Assembly (NCBI RefSeq): GCF_006345805.1
Contig: NC_043000.1
Coordinates: 148,986,001 to 149,050,000, forward strand
Source: Octopus sinensis
Taxonomy: Eukaryota
Direction of reading: 5' to 3'
Length of the DNA stretch: 64,000 nt
Shown here: piece by piece, positions 1-64,000 of the stretch
Numbering within the stretch: the first letter of the stretch is position 1
Layout: each line of letters starts with the position of its first letter
Made by a program: the position numbers and the translations under genes
Notes under the pieces: model-generated
The model's input: only the letters and a program-made list of their open reading frames with translations
Told to the model about the DNA's origin: nothing
Database searches by the model: none

Positions 1-182
1 GGTTGAAATTGCAGAAATTGAAGAAAAAAAACAACAAATATGTTACAAACTATAGAATTTCCTCAATAAAGCCAAGAGAAAAAGATGTTTTATAAACACA
101 TTCTACCAGTATACAAAGTTTAAAAGTGTTTAGTTACGTGGAAATTATTTTAAAAAACTTCCGTTCAAACCGAAAACATCCG
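1..182. mobile_element. One end of a non-autonomous TIR element (family also at 61381-61736 and 63891-64000)
   Basis: Reverse complement of 61393-61501 and 63891-64000; ends in aaaaacttccgttcaaaccgaaaacatcc. Confidence 0.65.
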
Positions 183-654
183 ATCTTTTTATATTCTCTG
201 TTTCATTCTGTATTTTTTTCTTAGCAAACTCATCTATACCCTTACAACCTTAATAAACTGTGGGTATCATTGAAATGAACAATATTGTCTGAGGTGTCAA
301 AGTCGTGAAGATTTCCAATTGAAAAGTAAGTGCATAATTCCTTGTTTGTTTATGTCCTATTTTGCAATGACTGTGAGTGAATGAATATGTGTGTGTGTGT
401 TTCCTTAATTTAATCTCTCTAGATTCAGAGATCATTCAATAAAAGTCATAGCTGTCAGCAGACCCTAGCTTTTATACTTCTAAAGTAACTACAGGCTCAC
501 CCATAAGAGGATCTGACATCAGCCTTGCAACCTATAGAATATACATACATCAATAACAGGCTAGCGTACATACAGTGGCACAACATGCTTCTTGGACAGT
601 TAATATGGTTGTTAGTGACATAACAAGATGTAAATAGAAATTACTTTTGTCACT

Positions 655-1330
655 GATGAACATCATCATCATCATTGTTCGACCGTGGTTGAGACAATGG
701 AATTTACCATGCTACACCAGACTTCACGGTCCATCATGGCATTACGGAGGTCCTGTTGCAGGATGCCTGTATCCCTGGAGATTACATCAGGGTGTTGTAC
801 TGATGAACAGTACAACAGTCAAATATGGAAAATATGAGTATCTGACAATTGTAGGAAGTAGTCCTCTATGGAGCAGAAATGTAACTCCTCTCAAAGACCC
901 TGGCAAATAAGATCAATGACTTTGATAGCAGAGTCCTGAGAACCATTGAAAACATCGGATGGTACCATCACATCAACAACAAAGAACTGCATGCATCAGC
1001 CTGCAGCCTCCCACCTCATAGCTATCTATTGCATGCGCAGGTACGGACATGTCGTCTTCCATCTGCTAGATCATCCTACCAGGGCTTTACTCTCATATGA
1101 TACAGTAGCCTCATGGGAGGCTCTGCATCAAATGGTCAGATGTGATTGGGGAAGATCTCCAGAGGCTCAACTTTGGCGGATACAGAGGGGCTGACACAGG
1201 ACTGCCAGCGACAGAGAGCACTGGTGGGCCAGGTTGGCTCTACGCATGATGAAGTCTCTGGGACCACTAACCTGGATGACCCCAACGTCATCAAGCAAGC
1301 AGTCCAATAATCTTTACTTATCATCTAAGA
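655..1330. mobile_element. Two RTE-like LINE 3' fragments (minus 655-800 with (GAT)n tail; plus 800-1330)
   Basis: Minus piece reads PDVISRDTGILQQDLRNAMMDREVW; plus piece resembles a LINE ORF2 C-terminus (FDSRVLRTIENIGWYHHINNKELH). Confidence 0.55.
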
Positions 1331-1852
1331 AAGACTATTATGTTACAACATAAAGAGAAGTTCTTCTCTTTGACATACACAACAGCAACTAGCATATTTT
1401 GCATCTGAACTTGCCAAGATGTATTAAGAATAAATATGCTAATATTATTCCTGATCTCACTGTACATGGAGTAAACAATGATTTTATATGATACAACTAT
1501 TCAATAACTATGTCAAATTATTTTATAGTTCTACATTTAAGAAAAATTTTCTTTACATGGTACAACTTTGATAGTCACATGGTAAAATATTTCTGACACG
1601 AATATCTCAAACTGAAAATAGTTTAATACAGGTATAGTTGAGTATAATGAACTTCATTTTCACTTGTCCTTATCTTACTGATCTCAAAAGGAAGAATGTC
1701 AGTCAACATGGCTGGCATTGCATTTCAAATATAAAGGGACATAGCCAAATATTTCAAGGTAATTAAATTTTCTACTCATTCTGTTAGTCACTGTTTAACA
1801 AAAGCATTTTTATATTTGCTAAACTGTAAGCTAAGTTATTTTTTCATATTAA

Positions 1853-1861
1853 ATAATAATG

Positions 1862-1892
<31 letters not shown>

Positions 1893-2167
1893 AATTATTG
1901 TATACAGTGCTCAGGTGCACCACAACTTGTCAGAGTATATGCAGTAATGTAGAAATGTCTGGAAAGCAAACAATGTATGAGTCAGGTACATGCTTGTGTG
2001 TGTATGGAGGGGAGAAAATTAGGTGTAGTGTTGGCGAATCTCAGAAAGCATGGATGTTTTGAAGGATGCAGTGCTCCGACAACTAACAACTGATGCCGGC
2101 AGTTTGTTCCATGCTTCAGCAACTCTCAGCGTGAAAAAATGTTTCCTAAAGTCATGGGAGCTGTGCA
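1853..2167 (-). mobile_element. CR1-type LINE 3' fragment with (TTA)n tail
   Basis: HDFRKHFFTLRVAEAWNKLPASVV...FK; close match to 6770-7128. Confidence 0.85.
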
Positions 2168-2270
2168 TCCATGAACATAAACAGTATTTTAAAATCATAA
2201 GAACAAAATATGAAATAAAACCAAGAAGTTGAAATATGTGTTTTGTAATTCTGACGTACGTCAGTCTTAC

Positions 2271-59434
<57,164 letters not shown>

Positions 59435-59439
59435 TTCAG

Positions 59440-59700
59440 TCGGGGAATTAATTCCTTGGTAACACTTAAAAAATTTCCGAACACAGGTAATGAAACAATT
59501 ATTTTTGAAAAAAAATAATGGATCATACGAATTTTAACGTGATTGTACCGGGTCGAACATGTTACTGTCACGTGCTACGCTTACCAGCGGAGCTAGCAGA
59601 ACTTTTTTTCTATGAAACAACATTCGTTTCGTAACCCCGTCATCACTTCCGCTTTTATGCCACATTAAATGATTCGATACATCCGAAAGGATTTGTATTT
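59440..59700 (-). promoter_or_regulatory. Putative YME1L1 5'UTR/promoter
   Basis: CpG-rich DNA just upstream of the ATG. ETS-type CGGAAGT on minus at 59645-59651; E-box GTCACGTG at 59567-59574; possible UTR donor CTG|gtaagc at 59585/59584 and weak acceptor ttttttaag near 59465. Confidence 0.45.
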
Positions 59701-59796
59701 GTTCTAAGTAATTTTAATTTTTCGGCTCAGAAAAAAAAAAGCGAACTACTTTACAAGTTGGTGCCATTGTTTAATAATAACTTTAATAAATATATA

Positions 59797-60219
59797 TATT
59801 TCTTTACTACCCACAAGGGGCTAAACACAGAGGGGACAAACAAGGACTGACAAACGGATTAAGTCGATTATATTACATCGACCCCAGTGCGTAACTAGTA
59901 CTTAATTTATCGACCTCGAAAGGATGAAAGGCTAAGTCGACCTCGGCGGAATTTGAACTCAGAACGTAACGACAGACGAAATACCTATTTCTTTATTACC
60001 CACAAGGGGCTAAACACAGAGGGGACAAACAAGGACAGACAAACGGATTATTAAGTCGATTATATCGACGTCAATGCGCAACTGGTACTTCATTTATCGA
60101 CCCCGAGAGGATGAAAGGCTAAGTCGACCTCGGCGGAATTTGAACCCAGGACGTAGTGGTAGACTAAATACGGCTACGCATTTCGCCCGGCGTGCTAACG
60201 ATTCTACCAGCTCGCCGCC
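59797..60219 (-). repeat. Tandem dimer of family D SINE
   Basis: Same gacgaaatac|ctatttcttt junction (about 59985) as the tetramer; TSD ttaataaatata. Confidence 0.9.
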
Positions 60220-60671
60220 TTAATAAATATAGTATAAAACTACATCAAGTTATTTGATTTTTCATGCAAGTTTATTTTTGTTCAGTGAACTCATAAGAAA
60301 AAAGGAACACTTACAATAAACTGCATCTTTATAACAAAACGTAAACATTGTTGAGGTAAACAACAATTTTTAAATGTTAGTTTCATATCATATCTGTTAT
60401 ATTGTTGCTTCGTTACAGGACAGTCACGATTGGAGCAGATTCACGTGCAAAGGCGTTCCAACCGTGATCATCCGTCTTTCACCAGCCCGGATATATTTCT
60501 TGAAGATATTTATGTTTAAAGCCCTAAATAAATGAACCCTCGTTAAACCGTACCAATAGAAAGAATATCCATTTAAAGCGATTGTCCTAATTAACCGATG
60601 GTAAGGGTTAACATTGTCTACATATATAATATTGGAAATATCTACAATGTACGCTGAACATAAACAATATT

Positions 60672-61054
60672 GGAAGCACTCCGTCGGTTACGACGATGAG
60701 GGTTCCGGTTGATCCGAATCAACGGAACAGCCTGCTCGTGAAATTAACGTGTAAGTGGCTGAGCACTCCACAGACACGTGTACCCTTAACGTAGTTCTCG
60801 GGGATATTCAGCGTGACACAGAGAATGACAAGGCCGGCCCTTTGAAATACAGGTACAATAGAAACAGGAAGTAAGAGTGAGAGAAAGTTGTGGTGAAAGA
60901 GTACAGCAGGGATCACCACCATCCCCTGCCGGAGCGTCGTGGAGCTTTTAGATGTTTTCGCTCAATAAACACTCACAACGCCCGGTCTGGGAATCGAAAC
61001 CGCGATCCTATGACCACGAGTCCGCTGCCCTAACCACTGGGCCATTGCGCCTCC
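60672..61054 (-). mobile_element. tRNA-derived SINE family E, alternative 3' tail
   Basis: Head and body shared with the 44390 copy; TSD acataaacaata. Confidence 0.8.
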
Positions 61055-61380
61055 ACCACATAAACAATAACAGACCGCATCCAGAGCAAGGCCACTCGAA
61101 TGGCATTGAATCACTACAACCTCCGGCCCATAGGTACATAGTTATTGTCTCTCCTCTCTGTGTTTTTTTTTCTGCCGCAGTGATAATAGCCTCTGTTTCT
61201 CAAAAGATGCCTGGTTTCGTACCTCTCCCACTCAAGCACCCTCGACTCACTCATCTTTCCATCTCACGCCATCCTTGTGTCCATCGTCGATCCTGCTATT
61301 CCTTTCCAGAATATCAAACCTCTGGACTCTTCTTCTTGCTCAAGTCTTTCTTGTAGCAGTAATTTAAACGGAACATTAAC

Positions 61381-61736
61381 GGGATCTTTTCGACTGGTAG
61401 AATGTGTTTATAAAACATCTTTTTCTCTTGGCTTTATTGAGAAAATTCTATAGTTTGTAAGATAGTTGTTGTTTTTTTCTTCAATTTCTGCAATTTCAAC
61501 CAATCAATGACGTCTATTGAGGTGAAAACATTCTGTGCCGTATGAATATGTCCCTCGTTTAAGAAACAGATTAGGTTTATTTACATTTTTGAAGAAAAAA
61601 GATACCCTTCCCCCACCCCTAACCCTAACCCTAACCCTAAAACAGATTGAAATACAATAGATCGATACTAGGGTCATAATTATGGGTGACAACTTCATAT
61701 GACACCACTAGAAAAACTGCCGTTCAAACCGAAAAG
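61381..61736. mobile_element. Non-autonomous TIR element containing (CCCTAA)4
   Basis: Right end aaaaactgccgttcaaaccgaaaag; left end gggatcttttcg, with a deletion relative to the 63891 copy. Confidence 0.65.
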
Positions 61737-62001
61737 TTTCGGGGGTGTGGGCTGCAAATGTCTTAGGTACTGGCCAGTTACATGTATTTGAACAACATAG
61801 ACAAATGTAGGTATGTCAAATATCATACAATTTAAATTTTTAATTTATCAGTATTAGGTGAATACAGTAAGTAGTTTGATTTCTTCGGTTGGCACAATTC
61901 TTGCTGTATCATGAACAAATTTTATTACTTATCTCATAGCTATTTCGAAATTATAACCACCGATCACTAGCAGTGAATTCTTGACAACCATATACCAAAC
62001 C

Positions 62002-62693
62002 TATTTCTTTACTACCCACAAGGGGCTAAACACAGAGGGGACAAACAAGGACAGACAAATGGATTAAGTCGATTATATCGACCCCAGTGCTTAACTGGTA
62101 CTTATTTAATCGACCCCAGAAGGATGAAAGGCAAAGTTGACCTAGGCGGAATTTGAACTCAGAACGTAGCGGCAGACGAAATACTGCTAAGCATTTCGCC
62201 TGGCGTGCTAACGTTTCTGCCAGCTCGTCGCCACAACCATATACCAAACCAGCTTGGTAGTAACGCTTTGAATTTCTACACAACAGAAGTTGTTACTACA
62301 AGGTCGTTGCTGGACAAACCACTTTGTTAATATTTGGACTTTTTTTTTGGTCTCATATATTTCTTTGCACTAATAAATGATGATTTAAAATTTTCATCAA
62401 CATTATATTTGAAAGAAAATGAGTTTGTCTTTAGTTTGGCTTATGTTAAAAAATCACCTGCTGTTTAATACCTATTTCTTTACTACCCACAAGGGGCTAA
62501 ACACAGAGAGGACAGACAAACAAATTAAGTCGATTATATCGACCCCAGTGTGTAACTGGTACCCAATTTATCGACCCCGAAAGGATGAAAGGCAAAGTCG
62601 ACCTCGGCGGAATTTGAACTCAGAACGTAACGGCAGACGAAATACGGCTACGCATTTCGCCCGGCGTGCTAACGATTCTGCCAGCTCGCCGCC
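62002..62693 (-). mobile_element. Two family D SINEs (62002-62232; 62473-62693)
   Basis: TSDs acaaccatataccaaacc and ctgtt(t/c)aatacc. Confidence 0.88.
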
Positions 62694-62851
62694 TTAAATA
62701 CTGTTCAATACCATACTCTTCACGAACCTTCGTTTCCGAAGTACTGAATTCGAAAGTACAAAAAGCAAAATTAATCTTGAGTTTAACCAAGCTTGCCGCC
62801 TGACTTTGGTATCTGGAGGTGCTTCAGAATACTCTGAATGGGCACTACTAA

Positions 62852-63155
62852 TCTATATATATAAAACTGTAGTTGTGTGAGTGTCTGTCCCCTTCGATTT
62901 AGATTCCTAACTACTCCCACATTTTGCGGTGCAGTGTAACCAAAACCGGGTATCTTATAGTCGTGATTCATATCGAGCCCTTCTGGGTATTAGCGCGCGT
63001 CTACGATGAGTCTACGATAAATAAAAAAAAATTACCATAATTTTTTCCTATTTTTAATGCATTTTTTTGATATTATATAAGGGAAGTAACTCTCTAAAAA
63101 TGCTTATATAGTTATTTCCCTTACAAACCCGAGCAACGCCGGGCGATACTGCTAG
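62852..63155 (+). mobile_element. Non-autonomous Helitron, complete
   Basis: A|TCTATATATATAAAA...cccgagcaacgccggg..CTAG|T; same family as 22959-23357. Confidence 0.85.
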
Positions 63156-63339
63156 TTAGTAATAATGCTAAAGTGAATTTGCGAAATAAGTGTGTCACTG
63201 TAAATCTGAAGGTGAACCAATGACGAGTGAGGGGTGGGGATGGGTGCCGTACAGTGGACCCCCTTAGCGACGGGTATGAATTTAACAATTATAGACACTT
63301 AAAGTTTAACGGTTGAAAATTTGTGATTAATGTTTTTGG

Positions 63340-63890
63340 CGCTTCTTCGTTTCCTGTTATTCATAAAAACGAAAGTACTTTACCAGAAATAGGTGTTTTC
63401 CAGAAGGCTGAGGGTGTTTTAGCATCACCCAGAAAGATCTTTGCCAGCTACTCTCCAGCTATCTATTGAAAACTGTGTATTACTATGGTACGTCCACCCT
63501 TAGAGTTTGCATCACCAATTTGGAACACCTATTTTGCTCAGCATATCAGTTTCCTGGAAACTGTTCAGAAACGTGCAACCAAACGAATACCCGCCGTCAG
63601 GCATCTACCATACTCTGAAGTCTTGCTTCCCTGGGCATGTACACATTATAGCTCAGATATCTAGCAACTCACTTGGCAGACACCCACAAGATTATCTACC
63701 ATCTTTCCAACAACAACCTTGGAAACCTTTTTGAATTCCATTTGTCAAACACTCGTGGATATGCTTACAAAATCAAGAAAACAACACAGCAGCCATAACG
63801 TCCGGAAACATTTTTTCACGCTCAGAATTGATGAAGCATGGATAGCATCAATAGTTAACTGTTGAGACACAGCAGCCTTCAAAACTTCCA
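63340..63890 (+). mobile_element. CR1-type LINE ORF2 3' fragment
   Basis: VRPPLEFASPIWN..LETVQKRATKRIP..RKHFFTLRIDEAW; cut at 63891 by the TIR element. Confidence 0.82.
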
Positions 63891-64000
63891 GGATCTTTCC
63901 GGTTTGAACGGCAGTTTTTAAAAATAATTTCCACATAACTAAACACTTTTAAACTTTGTATACTGGTAGAATGTGTTTATAAAACATCTTTTTCTCTTAG
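63891..64000. mobile_element. Left end of the TIR element family
   Basis: ggatctttccggtttgaacggcagttttt; reverse complement of about 70-180. Confidence 0.65.

Noticed and set aside
1-2270. Search for the YME1L1 terminal exon (expected ..SY.RA...L..H..E...LA.ALL.YETL..)
   Set aside because: No matching frame found by eye; the candidate acceptor near 1610 gives unrelated sequence.
61617-61640. True telomere or chromosome fusion site
   Set aside because: Only four units, embedded in a dispersed repeat.

Overview
AT-rich eukaryotic genomic DNA, not prokaryotic. The microsatellite load, tRNA-derived SINE families and RTE/CR1 LINEs look like an octopod cephalopod; this is inferred from recall, with no database search. 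Most of the window is one minus-strand gene, YME1L1 (mitochondrial inner-membrane i-AAA protease, FtsH family). I rebuilt 19 coding exons by hand, from ATG at 59434 down to 2271, with consistent GT-AG sites and phases (about 707 codons). They include the TM helix, Walker A GPPGIGKT, Walker B IFIDE, the second region of homology (GATN...RPGRFD) and HEAGH. I could not find the last exon in 1-2270, so it probably lies left of the window. The introns are filled with mariner, DD37D/maT-like, Chapaev3-like, hAT-, piggyBac- and Helitron-type elements, RTE and CR1 LINEs, and at least three SINE families. No new biological system is established. The best leads are: (i) head-to-tail SINE multimers sharing one junction inside a single TSD at two loci; (ii) a composite inverted piggyBac-type MITE pair with a captured 23-bp spacer, present twice; (iii) an unclassified decayed Cys-rich transposase-like ORF; (iv) inverted repeats around a frame-neutral catalytic exon; (v) a CpG-content shift near the promoter.
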